A model generated the notes under the pieces. It saw only the letters and a list, made by a program, of their open reading frames with translations, was not told the origin of the DNA and did no database searches. A stretch of DNA of 50,401 nt from Candidatus Omnitrophota bacterium (GTDB lineage: Bacteria > Omnitrophota > Gorgyraeia > Gygaellales > Gygaellaceae), in the NCBI GenBank assembly GCA_018400015.1, contig JAGYNB010000002.1, forward strand, positions 1-50,401, read 5' to 3'. Both the position numbers and the translations under genes were made by a program. How positions within the stretch are numbered: position 1 is the stretch's first letter; every line of letters begins with the position of its first letter. Positions 19,933 to 29,584 of the stretch are shown one piece after another.

Positions 19933-19986
19933 ATATTGTCAATAGTTGTGTTTTCTCTTTAAAAATCCCAATTTAAAGGAGCATTT

Positions 19987-21279
19987 ATGATAGCTAGATA
20001 CACAAGGCCTGATATGGCAAAGATTTGGTCTGATGAAGCCAAATTTGACGCTATGTTAAAGGTAGAGCTTTTGGTTTGCGAGGCTTATAATAAACTGGGC
20101 AAAATCAAGACAAGCGATTTAAAAGCAATTAAAGCCAAGGCCAAATTCAATGTCAAAAGTATAAATAAAATCGAAGAGAAAACCCATCACGATGTCGTTG
20201 CCTTTGTAAAAGAATTGGAACGTCATATAGGTAAACAGGCAAGATATATACATATGGGGATTACTTCATCCGATGTCTTAGACACCGGCCTTAGCATTCA
20301 GCTTATTCAGGCAAGCGATATCTTAATAAACGATGTTAAAAAGATCATAAAGATACTAAAATCAAAAGCAGTGCGTTATAAGGATATGGTTTGTATCGGC
20401 AGAACTCATGGCGTGCATGCAGAACCGGTTACTCTGGGGTTAAAGTTTGCGCTTTGGTTTGAAGAGATGAACCGTAATTTGACGCGGTTAGTAAGAGCAA
20501 AAGAAATAATCAGCGTCGGAAAGATTTCAGGAGCTGTGGGGACGTATTCAAATATAGAACCGTTTATCGAGAAGTACGTTTGTTCTGAACTTAAAATAAA
20601 GCGGGCAAATGTTTCCACCCAGATTATCCAGCGCGATCGGCATGCCGAGTATATATCTACTCTAGCGATAATCGCAGCAAGTTTAGAAAAAATTGCTTTG
20701 GAAATTAGGCATTTACAAAAAACAGAAGTTAGAGAGTTGGAAGAGCCTTTTAGAAAAGGCCAGACCGGTTCATCAGCCATGCCGCATAAGCGCAATCCTG
20801 TTATATGTGAAAGGATCTGTGGTCTGGCAAGATTATTGCGCGGTTACAGCATAGCCAGTCTAGAGAACGTTGCGCTTTGGCACGAACGCGACATAAGCCA
20901 TTCTTCGGTTGAACGCGTGATTATTCCCGATGCTACCATAGCGTTGGATTATATGTGTGCTAAAGCGATTGAGGTTTTAGATGGTCTAATTGTCTATCCG
21001 GATAATATGTTAATTAACCTTACGAAGACTAAAGGGTTGATATTTTCTCAGAGAGTTTTAGTTGAGCTTATGGATCAGGGACAGGTTAGGACCAAAGCCT
21101 ATGATTTGGTGCAACGCTGCGCCATGAAAAGCTGGAAGACAAAGAAAGAATTCAAGGATTGCCTTAAGGAAGACAAAGAAGTCATGAAGATATTAAGCAT
21201 CAGCGATCTGGATAAGATTTTTAGTCTTGATTATTATTTGCGTAATGTGAACAAGATATTTAAAAACGTCGGCTTGTAA
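19987..21279 (+). CDS. purB: Adenylosuccinate lyase
   Basis: The fumarate-lyase signature GSSAMPHKRNP is present, and the 430-aa length is typical of PurB. Confidence 0.96.
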   Translation: MIARYTRPDMAKIWSDEAKFDAMLKVELLVCEAYNKLGKIKTSDLKAIKAKAKFNVKSINKIEEKTHHDVVAFVKELERHIGKQARYIHMGITSSDVLDTGLSIQLIQASDILINDVKKIIKILKSKAVRYKDMVCIGRTHGVHAEPVTLGLKFALWFEEMNRNLTRLVRAKEIISVGKISGAVGTYSNIEPFIEKYVCSELKIKRANVSTQIIQRDRHAEYISTLAIIAASLEKIALEIRHLQKTEVRELEEPFRKGQTGSSAMPHKRNPVICERICGLARLLRGYSIASLENVALWHERDISHSSVERVIIPDATIALDYMCAKAIEVLDGLIVYPDNMLINLTKTKGLIFSQRVLVELMDQGQVRTKAYDLVQRCAMKSWKTKKEFKDCLKEDKEVMKILSISDLDKIFSLDYYLRNVNKIFKNVGL

Positions 21280-21330
21280 CCTGCCAACTGAATTAATATC
21301 TTTCATTTATAATAAATTCTAAAAAAAAAT

Positions 21331-24252
21331 ATGTTTTACCGTATTGAGCTACGAGAAAAAAAAGGAAGTTATGATCCTGTAGGGGCAACTCTATGCAGGG
21401 ATATTAAAGATTTGGGCATTCACTCCGTAAAAAAGGTGAGTTTTATCCATAGTTTTCTAATTGAAGGAGCATTGAGTGAAAAGGAAATTACGCTTATTGC
21501 CCAGAAGCTTTTAGTTGATGATGTAACCCAGGAGTATTCTCTTACCAGTTTTAAATATCCTTTAAAAGATACATATATGATTGAAGTTGCTTATAACCGG
21601 GGGGTTATGGATCCGGTGGAGCAGTCTTTTTTAAAAGCCGCAAAGGACTTAAATATTAACAATGAGATCATCGTAAAGACTTCCCGCAAGTATGTTCTTA
21701 AAGGGACTCTTAACAGCTCGCAGATTCAGCTGATAACGGAAAAACTGCTTTATAATAAGTTGATTCAGCATATTGTTAAAGACCAAGAGAGCTTAAGACT
21801 TTCTTTTAAAAGTAAGAAGCCTGCCATAGATAATTTTAAACCTAAAGCTATAGATTTAATCAATGCCAGCGATAAGGAGCTAAAACAAATCAGCATCCAA
21901 ATGCAGTTATATTTAAATATCGTGGAGATGCGCACCATAAAAGATTTCTTTAGCAGCCTAAACCGTAATCCCACTGATTGTGAGTTGGAGACAATCGCCC
22001 AGACTTGGAGCGAGCACTGCAACCACAAGACATTAAGAGGTAATATCCACTATACGGAAAATACTTTTAAAGACGGAAGAATTGTCAAAAAGGAAATTTT
22101 CATAAAAAATCTTCTTAAGCAAACGATTATGAAGGTTACACGGCTTCTGAAGAAAAGTTGGTGCGTTTCTGTATTCCAGGATAATTCCGGAATAATCAGA
22201 TTTGATGACAAGAATAATATTTGTTTTAAGGTGGAAACACATAATCATCCTTCTGCCTTGGAGCCTTTTGGCGGCGCGAATACAGGAATCGGAGGAGTAA
22301 TCAGGGATTGTTTAGGAACCGGCCTTGGTGCAAAACCGATTTTAAATACCGATATTTTTTGTTTTGCTTATCCTGATCATCCTTTTAAAAAGGTGCCGGC
22401 AGGATTATTGCATCCAAAAAGAGTCATCAAAGGAGTAGTTAGCGGAGTTCGCGACTACGGTAACAAGATGGGAATTCCTACTGTAAACGGTTCGGTACTG
22501 TTCCACGACCGTTTTTTGGGCAATCCTTTGGTTTACTGTGGTACAATCGGGATTATGCCTAAAAGCAAATCTTTTAAAAGAGTTAACAAGTCTGATTTAA
22601 TCGTTGTTGTTGGCGGCAGAACCGGACGCGATGGTATACACGGCGCGACGTTTTCTTCATCGGATTTGACGCATGAGTCTGAAGAAGTTTCAAGCGGCGC
22701 TGTTCAGATAGGTAATCCTATTGAAGAGAAAAAAGTAACCGACGTCATTTTAAAGGCCAGGGATAAAAACTTATATACTGCCATAACCGACTGCGGTGCG
22801 GGCGGACTTTCCAGCGCAGTGGGTGAGATGGGCTCAATCTTAGGCGCAAGAGTTGACTTGGAAAAAGTTCCTTTAAAGTATGACGGGTTAACTTATGATG
22901 AGATATGGATATCAGAGTCACAGGAACGCATGGTTTTAAGCGTGCAACCTAGAAAAATAAATTCTTTAATTAAGTTGTTTGAAGAAGAAGACGTAGAGGC
23001 AACTGTAATTGGAGAATTTACAGGTTCTAAGAAATTAGAATTATTTTTTCACGCGCATAAGGTATGCGATCTGGATATGGATTTTTTACACGATGGCGTA
23101 CCTAGATTAGAAAAAAAGGCAGAGTTTAGCGAGCCTGTTCCTAGTAAAATAACTTTTAAGCAGCCTAAAGATTTGGGAGCTTTTCTAAACAAGTTATTAG
23201 CTAGCTACGATATCTGTTCTAAGGAGTGGATTATCCGCCAATACGACCATGAGGTGCAGGGTTCTTCGGTAATTAAACCGCTTACAGGAATTGTTAACGA
23301 CGGTCCTAGCGATGCCTCAGTTGTAAGACCGGTTTTAAATTCTAAAAAGGCAGTGGCAGTATCAAACGGGATAAATTTCCGTTACGGCATGATTGATCCG
23401 TTCTGGATGGCTGCATCAGCAATCGATGAGGCATTAAGGCAAATTGTTTGCGTGGGCGGATCCATTGAAAGATTGGCAATTCTGGATAATTTTTGCTGGG
23501 GTAATCCCGATAAACCGGATAAACTCGGGAGCTTAGTCAGATGCGCTTTTGGGTGTTATTACGCGGCAGGAGATTTTGGAGTTCCTTTTATTTCCGGCAA
23601 AGACAGCCTTTACAATGAGTTCGTTTCGGGAAAACAGACTATTGATATTCCCGGTACGATCTTGATTTCTGCCATGTCGGTTATGGATGATGCAACAAAA
23701 GCGATAAGTATGGATTTTAAGAATAAAGGTAATTTGATTTATATCGTGGGAAATACTTTTGATGAGTTGGGAGCCTCGCATTATCTGGATATCATTAATA
23801 AAGATTCAACATTTGTTCCCAAAGTAAATGCTAAAAACGCTAAAAAAACCATGATTAAGCTGCATAAAGCAATTAATAAGGGTTTGGTTAAGAGTTGTCA
23901 TGATTGCTCTGAAGGCGGCATGGCGGTGGCTGTTGCAGAGATGTGTTTTGCTGGAGCTTTTGGTGCAAAAATAGATTTAACAAATGTTCCTTTTAAGGCA
24001 ATAAACCAAAGTGAGTTAGAAGATAGAGACGATGTAGTGTTATTTTCACAATCGAATTCAAGATTTATTATTGAGGTCGATCCGGGAAACAAAGCAGTTT
24101 TGGAAGAAACATTAAAGGGTGTGGTTTTTTCACCTATCGGAGAAGTTACAGGTGAAAAGTTTTTAGAAATACAAGGTTTTAGTAAGAAAGCAATTATTAA
24201 AGAGGATATTTTTAAATTAAAGGAATCTTGGCAGAAAACATTAAGGTGGTAA
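21331..24252 (+). CDS. purL: FGAM synthase: tandem PurS-like N-terminal domains fused to PurL (synthetase subunit)
   Basis: At 973 aa it is longer than the roughly 740 aa I recall for small PurL. The first ~215 aa contain two PurS-like repeats (YRIELREKKGSYDPVG... and YMIEVAYNRGVMDPVE...). The PurL core follows (WSEHCNHKT, ETHNHPSALEPFGGA, duplicated AIR-synthase-like folds). No glutaminase domain is fused. Confidence 0.92.
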   Translation: MFYRIELREKKGSYDPVGATLCRDIKDLGIHSVKKVSFIHSFLIEGALSEKEITLIAQKLLVDDVTQEYSLTSFKYPLKDTYMIEVAYNRGVMDPVEQSFLKAAKDLNINNEIIVKTSRKYVLKGTLNSSQIQLITEKLLYNKLIQHIVKDQESLRLSFKSKKPAIDNFKPKAIDLINASDKELKQISIQMQLYLNIVEMRTIKDFFSSLNRNPTDCELETIAQTWSEHCNHKTLRGNIHYTENTFKDGRIVKKEIFIKNLLKQTIMKVTRLLKKSWCVSVFQDNSGIIRFDDKNNICFKVETHNHPSALEPFGGANTGIGGVIRDCLGTGLGAKPILNTDIFCFAYPDHPFKKVPAGLLHPKRVIKGVVSGVRDYGNKMGIPTVNGSVLFHDRFLGNPLVYCGTIGIMPKSKSFKRVNKSDLIVVVGGRTGRDGIHGATFSSSDLTHESEEVSSGAVQIGNPIEEKKVTDVILKARDKNLYTAITDCGAGGLSSAVGEMGSILGARVDLEKVPLKYDGLTYDEIWISESQERMVLSVQPRKINSLIKLFEEEDVEATVIGEFTGSKKLELFFHAHKVCDLDMDFLHDGVPRLEKKAEFSEPVPSKITFKQPKDLGAFLNKLLASYDICSKEWIIRQYDHEVQGSSVIKPLTGIVNDGPSDASVVRPVLNSKKAVAVSNGINFRYGMIDPFWMAASAIDEALRQIVCVGGSIERLAILDNFCWGNPDKPDKLGSLVRCAFGCYYAAGDFGVPFISGKDSLYNEFVSGKQTIDIPGTILISAMSVMDDATKAISMDFKNKGNLIYIVGNTFDELGASHYLDIINKDSTFVPKVNAKNAKKTMIKLHKAINKGLVKSCHDCSEGGMAVAVAEMCFAGAFGAKIDLTNVPFKAINQSELEDRDDVVLFSQSNSRFIIEVDPGNKAVLEETLKGVVFSPIGEVTGEKFLEIQGFSKKAIIKEDIFKLKESWQKTLRW

Positions 24253-24256
24253 AAAT

Positions 24257-24916
24257 ATGAAACTGAAAAACTTGGACAGAAGTTTTTTAAATGGCGACGA
24301 GACATGGCGTGTATTTAGGATTATGGCTGAGTTTGTTGACGGGTTCGATATTTTATCTAAAGTCGGAGATGCGGTTTCTGTATTTGGCTCTGCACGCATA
24401 AAACCGGGAACCAAATATTACCGGTTGGCAGAGCAGACTGCATATGAGATAGCTAAGGCAGGTTATGCAGTTATAACCGGAGGTGGTCCATGTATTATGG
24501 AGGCAGCCAATAAAGGTGCAAAAAAAGCCAAAGGTAAATCTATTGGCCTTAACATCGAAATCCCTACAGAACAAAAGCCGAATAAATACGCTGAGATCTT
24601 ATTGGATTTTCATTATTTTTTCTGCCGCAAGGTCATGTTTGTTAAATACGCCAAGGCATTCGTGATCATGCCGGGTGGTTTTGGTACTTTGGATGAATTA
24701 TTCGAATCCTTAAATCTTATACAGACGCAAAGGATAGATAAATTTCCTGTTGTTCTGGTGGGTAAAGCTTACTGGAGAGGGTTGATTGAATGGATTGAAA
24801 CCACAGTGATTAAAGAAGGTTGTGTGGATAATAATGACTTAAAGACGTTTCATGTTGTAGATACGCCTAAAGAGGTAGTTTCGATCATAAAGAAGTTTTA
24901 TAAAAGAAGAAAATAG
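24257..24916 (+). CDS. LOG / TIGR00730-family nucleotide 5'-monophosphate nucleosidase (annotated historically as 'lysine decarboxylase-like')
   Basis: The family motifs VFGSARIKPG, ITGGGPCIMEAANKGA and PGGFGTLDELFE are present. Confidence 0.88.
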   Translation: MKLKNLDRSFLNGDETWRVFRIMAEFVDGFDILSKVGDAVSVFGSARIKPGTKYYRLAEQTAYEIAKAGYAVITGGGPCIMEAANKGAKKAKGKSIGLNIEIPTEQKPNKYAEILLDFHYFFCRKVMFVKYAKAFVIMPGGFGTLDELFESLNLIQTQRIDKFPVVLVGKAYWRGLIEWIETTVIKEGCVDNNDLKTFHVVDTPKEVVSIIKKFYKRRK

Positions 24917-24919
24917 CTT

Positions 24920-25708
24920 ATGAAGAATCCTAAAGTGCTCGTAATGCGCACAGCAGGTACGAATTGTGATATAGAGACTGCATTTGCATTTAAACTTTGC
25001 AGTTGTCGTGTGGATTTAATGCATATTAATTGTATTGTAAAGTCAAAAACACCTCTTAAGAAATATAATATTCTCGCTATTCCCGGAGGTTTTAGTTATG
25101 GTGATGATATCGCAGCTGGCAAGATTCTTTCTAACGAGTTAAGGTATAAGCTTAAAGACGAACTTAAGAAGTTTGTTTCCTCGGGCGGTCTTATTATCGG
25201 AATTTGCAATGGTTTTCAGGTATTAGTAAAGTCCGGGCTTTTACCAGGCAATAAAAGTTTCGTCCAGGAAGTTACGCTTACAGTAAACGATTGTAATAAG
25301 TTTGAAGACCGCTGGGTGTATTTAAAAAGCAACGCGTCTTTAAAAAAGTCAAAATGTATATGGACTAAAGGTATTAATGAGGTCATATATCTGCCCGTAG
25401 CGCACGGCGAAGGGAAATTTGTTACTAAAGATAAAACCGTATTAAATAGTCTAGAAAAAAACAACCAGATTGTTTTTAGGTATTGTGATGAACAGGGGTT
25501 AAACGGTGGTTATCCTGTTAATCCCAATGGCTCAGTCGGTGATATTGCCGGAGTATGTGATAAAACAGGCCGGATTTTAGGCCTTATGCCGCATCCGGAA
25601 AGGCATATTTTTAATACGCAGCATCCGCGTTGGACAAGGGTTAAAAACAGCGAGCCGGACGGGCTGAAGATATTTAAGAACGCGGCCAACCATTTTCAGA
25701 AAAGATGA
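24920..25708 (+). CDS. purQ: FGAM synthase glutaminase subunit
   Basis: It has the catalytic-Cys motif GICNGFQ, plus HGEG and MPHPER. Confidence 0.94.
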   Translation: MKNPKVLVMRTAGTNCDIETAFAFKLCSCRVDLMHINCIVKSKTPLKKYNILAIPGGFSYGDDIAAGKILSNELRYKLKDELKKFVSSGGLIIGICNGFQVLVKSGLLPGNKSFVQEVTLTVNDCNKFEDRWVYLKSNASLKKSKCIWTKGINEVIYLPVAHGEGKFVTKDKTVLNSLEKNNQIVFRYCDEQGLNGGYPVNPNGSVGDIAGVCDKTGRILGLMPHPERHIFNTQHPRWTRVKNSEPDGLKIFKNAANHFQKR

Positions 25709-26721
25709 TGAAAAAAATTACCTATAAGAAATCAGGCGTGGATATAAAATCCATGGATGAGTTAAAAAATAATATTAAGTGTATAGCAAAGAAATCATTT
25801 TCAAGATCAGCGATTAAAGACATCGGAGGTTTTGGCGCTTTTTATAGCCTGGAAGATATGCGTTTTAAAAAACCCGTGTTGGTTTCAAGTTCAGATGGCG
25901 TGGGAACGAAACTGAAAATAGCGCAGTTGATTAATAAGCACGATACAATAGGTATAGACCTTGTGGCGATGAACGTGAATGACATACTTTGTACCGGGGC
26001 GAAGCCGCTATTTTTCTTAGACTATATATCTTTCAGCAAGCTCGGTAAAAATATTCTTCTTGATGTGGTAAAAGGAATTAATAAGGGCTGTATGGGATCA
26101 GGTTGTTCTTTAATCGGCGGGGAAACAGCGCAGATGCCCGGGTTTTATAAGTGCGGAGATTACGATGTAGCTGGTTTTTGCGTAGGGATAGTGGAAAGAG
26201 AAAAAATAATTGATGGCAGTAAAATAGGCGTAAATAATACCGTTATCGGATTGTCTTCAAGCGGCCTGCATTCCAACGGGTTTTCGTTGGTGAGGCGGGT
26301 GTTTTCTGAAAATGAACTTAAACGAATGGGGGAGTTGCTGCTTAAGCCCACACGCATATACGTAAAAGAAGTTTTGGCTTTATTGAATTGGGATGAAAAA
26401 ATATCCAGGGCGATTAAAGGCATTGCCCATATTACCGGCGGAGCTTTTTATGATAAGATTGCAAGGATATTACCTAATGATATAGATTGCGCGATTGAAA
26501 AGAACAGTTGGAAGTTACCTGAGGTTTTCAAACTTATAGAGAATAAAGCTTCAATCAGCGAGCGGGAAATGTACCATACTTTTAATATGGGCATAGGTAT
26601 GGTTTTAATTGTTGATAATAAGTACGCTTCAGTTTTAATTGAGAAATTAATTTCAATGAAAGTTAAAGCTTTTATTATTGGCAAGACCATAAAAGGCAAA
26701 GCAAAGGTTATTTTAAGATGA
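25705..26721 (+). CDS. purM: AIR synthase (phosphoribosylformylglycinamidine cyclo-ligase)
   Basis: The motifs SSDGVGTKLKIA and NDILCTGAKPLFFLDY are present. An ATGA overlap joins it to purQ. Confidence 0.95.
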   Translation: MMKKITYKKSGVDIKSMDELKNNIKCIAKKSFSRSAIKDIGGFGAFYSLEDMRFKKPVLVSSSDGVGTKLKIAQLINKHDTIGIDLVAMNVNDILCTGAKPLFFLDYISFSKLGKNILLDVVKGINKGCMGSGCSLIGGETAQMPGFYKCGDYDVAGFCVGIVEREKIIDGSKIGVNNTVIGLSSSGLHSNGFSLVRRVFSENELKRMGELLLKPTRIYVKEVLALLNWDEKISRAIKGIAHITGGAFYDKIARILPNDIDCAIEKNSWKLPEVFKLIENKASISEREMYHTFNMGIGMVLIVDNKYASVLIEKLISMKVKAFIIGKTIKGKAKVILR

Positions 26722-28022
26722 AAGTTTTAATTGTCGGCTCAGGCGGTAGGGAACACGCGTTAATATATAAGATTGCTCAGTCTCAGCAGGTAGAAAAGAT
26801 ATATGCTGCACCCGGCAATGGCGGGATAAGCGATTTAGCCGAGTGTATAGATATAAAAGCCGATGACGTTAACGGGCTTTTACAATTTGCAAAAGATAAA
26901 AAAATTGATTTTACCATTGTCGGGCCAGAGGCTGCTTTGGCAGCGGGTATTGCCGACGAATTTACTAAAAATGGTCTTTTGATTTTTGGCGTAAATAAAT
27001 CATCAGCGCAGTTAGAATCGAGTAAGGTTTTTTCTAAAGAGCTGATGCAAAAATACAGTATTCCAACGGCTGATTTTAAAGTCTTTAACGACAGTTTCAA
27101 AGCAAAGGAATACCTAAAACAAAATTCTTTTCCTTGTGTGGTCAAGGCAGATGGTTTAGCTGCGGGAAAAGGAGTTGTTATTGTCAAAGATTATACTCAG
27201 GCATGTGAAGTAGTAGATAAGATAATGGAAGAAAAAGTCTTTGGCGATTCGGGCAGAATGATCCTTATTGAAGATTGTCTTCAAGGAGACGAGGCTTCGA
27301 TAATTGCGTTGACCGATTCAAAAGATATAGTCGTTCTTGATTCCAGCCAGGACCATAAACGTGTATTTGATAATGACGAAGGCCCCAATACTGGCGGTAT
27401 GGGAGCTTATTCCCCAGTGCCGCTAGTCGATAAGAGTTTATTGAAAGAAATAGAAGACCAGATTATAAAACCTACTATGCAGGCTTTAGTAAAAGAGGGG
27501 ATTGATTACAAAGGGGTTTTGTACGCTGGAATTATGGTAACAAAAGATGGTCCAAAGGTTTTGGAATTTAATGTCAGGTTCGGAGATCCTGAAACCCAAG
27601 CAATAATTCCGAGAATAAAATCGGATTTTCTGGAGTTGCTTTTAAGCGTAGCCAAATCAAACTTAGGTGAGTTCTTAGAAAATAATCCATTGATTTGGGA
27701 TGAGCGGTTTTGTGTATGTGTAGTTTGCGCTTCCGGCGGATATCCAGGGTATTATGAAAAAGATAAAACTATAAAAGGTCTTGAGAAAATAGCATCATTA
27801 GAAGATACAATTGTTTTCCATGCAGGTACAAAGAAGATTATTGATAAAACCATTCAAAAAGAACAATATGTTACTTGCGGTGGAAGGGTATTAGCAGTCA
27901 GCAGTTTTGGAAAAACAATAAAGCTTGCCATAGAAAATACATATAAAGCATTAAACAATATCAGTTTTGAGAATATGCATTATAGAAAAGATATTGCTAA
28001 GAAAGCATTGAGTTTAAAATAA
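26718..28022 (+). CDS. purD: Phosphoribosylamine-glycine ligase
   Basis: The N-terminus MKVLIVGSGGREHAL, an ATP-grasp core and NVRFGDPETQ are present. An ATGA overlap joins it to purM. Confidence 0.96.
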   Translation: MKVLIVGSGGREHALIYKIAQSQQVEKIYAAPGNGGISDLAECIDIKADDVNGLLQFAKDKKIDFTIVGPEAALAAGIADEFTKNGLLIFGVNKSSAQLESSKVFSKELMQKYSIPTADFKVFNDSFKAKEYLKQNSFPCVVKADGLAAGKGVVIVKDYTQACEVVDKIMEEKVFGDSGRMILIEDCLQGDEASIIALTDSKDIVVLDSSQDHKRVFDNDEGPNTGGMGAYSPVPLVDKSLLKEIEDQIIKPTMQALVKEGIDYKGVLYAGIMVTKDGPKVLEFNVRFGDPETQAIIPRIKSDFLELLLSVAKSNLGEFLENNPLIWDERFCVCVVCASGGYPGYYEKDKTIKGLEKIASLEDTIVFHAGTKKIIDKTIQKEQYVTCGGRVLAVSSFGKTIKLAIENTYKALNNISFENMHYRKDIAKKALSLK

Positions 28023-28038
28023 GCCAAAGGAGAAAAAA

Positions 28039-28527
28039 ATGAAAAAAACACTTATTAGTATTCTTATGGGAAGCAGTTCCGACCTTTTGCATTTAAAAGA
28101 TGCTTTGGATTTGCTTAAAAGTTTTAAAGTAGATTTTGAGGTTAAGGTGTTATCGGCACACAGGACTCCCAAAGAACTTGTTAAATACGTAGAGACTTCA
28201 ACTAAAAAAGGAACAAAAGTGTTTATTGCTGCTGCTGGAGGTTCCGCTGCCTTGGCTGGAGTTGTGGCTGCGCACACATTGGCACCGGTTATCGGGATAC
28301 CCATTGAGACACGTTCTTTAAAAGGTATAGATTCGCTTTTATCAACCGTACAGATGCCCGCGGGTGTGCCGGTTGCTTCTGTTGCTTTGGGAAAGTCCGG
28401 TGCAAAGAATGCCGTGATACTTGCTTTAGAGATACTTGCTCTCAGCGATAAAAAAATAAAGACCAAGTTATTAAATTTTCGAAGAGATTTCAAGAAGTCA
28501 ATTTTGAAACAAAGGATAAAATTATAA
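28039..28527 (+). CDS. purE: N5-CAIR mutase / PurE family
   Basis: The motifs ILMGSSSD, LSAHRTP and AAAGGSAALAGVVAAHT are present. No purK is in the window. Confidence 0.92.
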   Translation: MKKTLISILMGSSSDLLHLKDALDLLKSFKVDFEVKVLSAHRTPKELVKYVETSTKKGTKVFIAAAGGSAALAGVVAAHTLAPVIGIPIETRSLKGIDSLLSTVQMPAGVPVASVALGKSGAKNAVILALEILALSDKKIKTKLLNFRRDFKKSILKQRIKL

Positions 28528-28530
28528 TCC

Positions 28531-29580
28531 ATGGCCGTAGAGACTATTAAACTGGATAAAAATAATCCTGTTCCGGAAAAGATTGACCGTCTAAGCGATG
28601 CTTTAAGAAAAGGCAAGATATTGATTTTGCCTACTGAGACAGTTTATGGTCTGGCAGCGGATTTTTCCAATAAAACCGCTTTAAAAAGAATTTATGATTT
28701 AAAAGCTCGTAGTCAAAAGAAAAAGATTTCACTTGGCGTTAGTAATGTTGCTCAGGTGGAAAGGTTTTGCAAGGGTATTTCTTTAGCAGCTTATAAGCTC
28801 ATGTACAGCCTTTGGCCCGGACCGTTGACGATAGTAATGGATACGAAAAACGATTCTATTGGCTTTCGAATGCCGGATAATTTAGTTACGTTAAGCATAA
28901 TCGATTATCTTGACAGGCCTGTTTATTTAACTTCTGCTAATTTTTCCAATGAGGCCGCAAAGGCCGATATCGGGTCTATCCCCAATGAATTAAAACAAAA
29001 GGTAGATTTTATAGTTGATACCGGAGCGAGCGAGTTAGCAGAAGAGTCGACCGTGATAAAAATAGAAAGTGATTCTTTTGCTATTTTGCGTAAAGGCTAT
29101 CTAGCCGAAGAAAAGATAAAAGATGTTATCAATACAAAACGAGTTATGTTTATCTGTTCCGGCAATTCCTGTCGTTCGGTTATGGCGGAATACCTTTTTA
29201 AAAAGATTTTGGTTAAAAGAGCGGATATTGAAGTGAGCTCTGCAGGCATTGCCGCAATAGAAGGCATGGGGGCAAGCGATGAAGTAAAGAATATATTATC
29301 GAGTGAATCGATTGATATATCTTGCCACCGCGCAAGGCGTCTGAATCTAGAAATGTTAAAAACCAGCGATTTGATCCTTACTATGGAAAGATTCCATGAA
29401 GAGAGGATAAAGCAGATGTTTCCGCAAGCAAAAAATCGCGTGTTTTTGCTTAAAGAGTTTGCTAAAATAAATAATGGCTCTGTTGATATCGCAGATCCCA
29501 TGGGTAGAGGTGTGGAGGTTTACCGCGGGGTTTATCAAACCATAAAAGACGCTTTGGAAAGGATCTCAAAAATAATTTAA
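28531..29580 (+). CDS. tsaC: Fusion protein: L-threonylcarbamoyladenylate synthase (TsaC/YwlC, Sua5-YrdC fold) plus a low-molecular-weight protein phosphatase (YwlE-like)
   Basis: The N-terminal half has LILPTETVYGLAAD and LTSAN. The C-terminal half has the CX5R(S) P-loop in FICSGNSCRSVMAEY and the DP loop in IADPMGRG. Confidence 0.88.
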   Translation: MAVETIKLDKNNPVPEKIDRLSDALRKGKILILPTETVYGLAADFSNKTALKRIYDLKARSQKKKISLGVSNVAQVERFCKGISLAAYKLMYSLWPGPLTIVMDTKNDSIGFRMPDNLVTLSIIDYLDRPVYLTSANFSNEAAKADIGSIPNELKQKVDFIVDTGASELAEESTVIKIESDSFAILRKGYLAEEKIKDVINTKRVMFICSGNSCRSVMAEYLFKKILVKRADIEVSSAGIAAIEGMGASDEVKNILSSESIDISCHRARRLNLEMLKTSDLILTMERFHEERIKQMFPQAKNRVFLLKEFAKINNGSVDIADPMGRGVEVYRGVYQTIKDALERISKII

Positions 29581-29584
29581 GGAT

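Noticed and set aside
19860-19986. A possible purine or ZTP riboswitch in the 127-nt leader of purB.
   Set aside because: The spacer is AT-rich. It lacks the conserved GC-rich cores I would expect (a guanine-riboswitch three-way junction, or the ZTP pfl GGGUCGUGAC / CCGCCUGGGC-type elements). It is better explained as a promoter plus Shine-Dalgarno.
28014-28616. A 200-aa minus-strand ORF covering the whole of purE.
   Set aside because: It lies antisense to a gene with clear PurE motifs. Its translation is low-complexity (A/S/L/F-rich) with no recognisable motif and no upstream RBS, so it is a typical shadow ORF.
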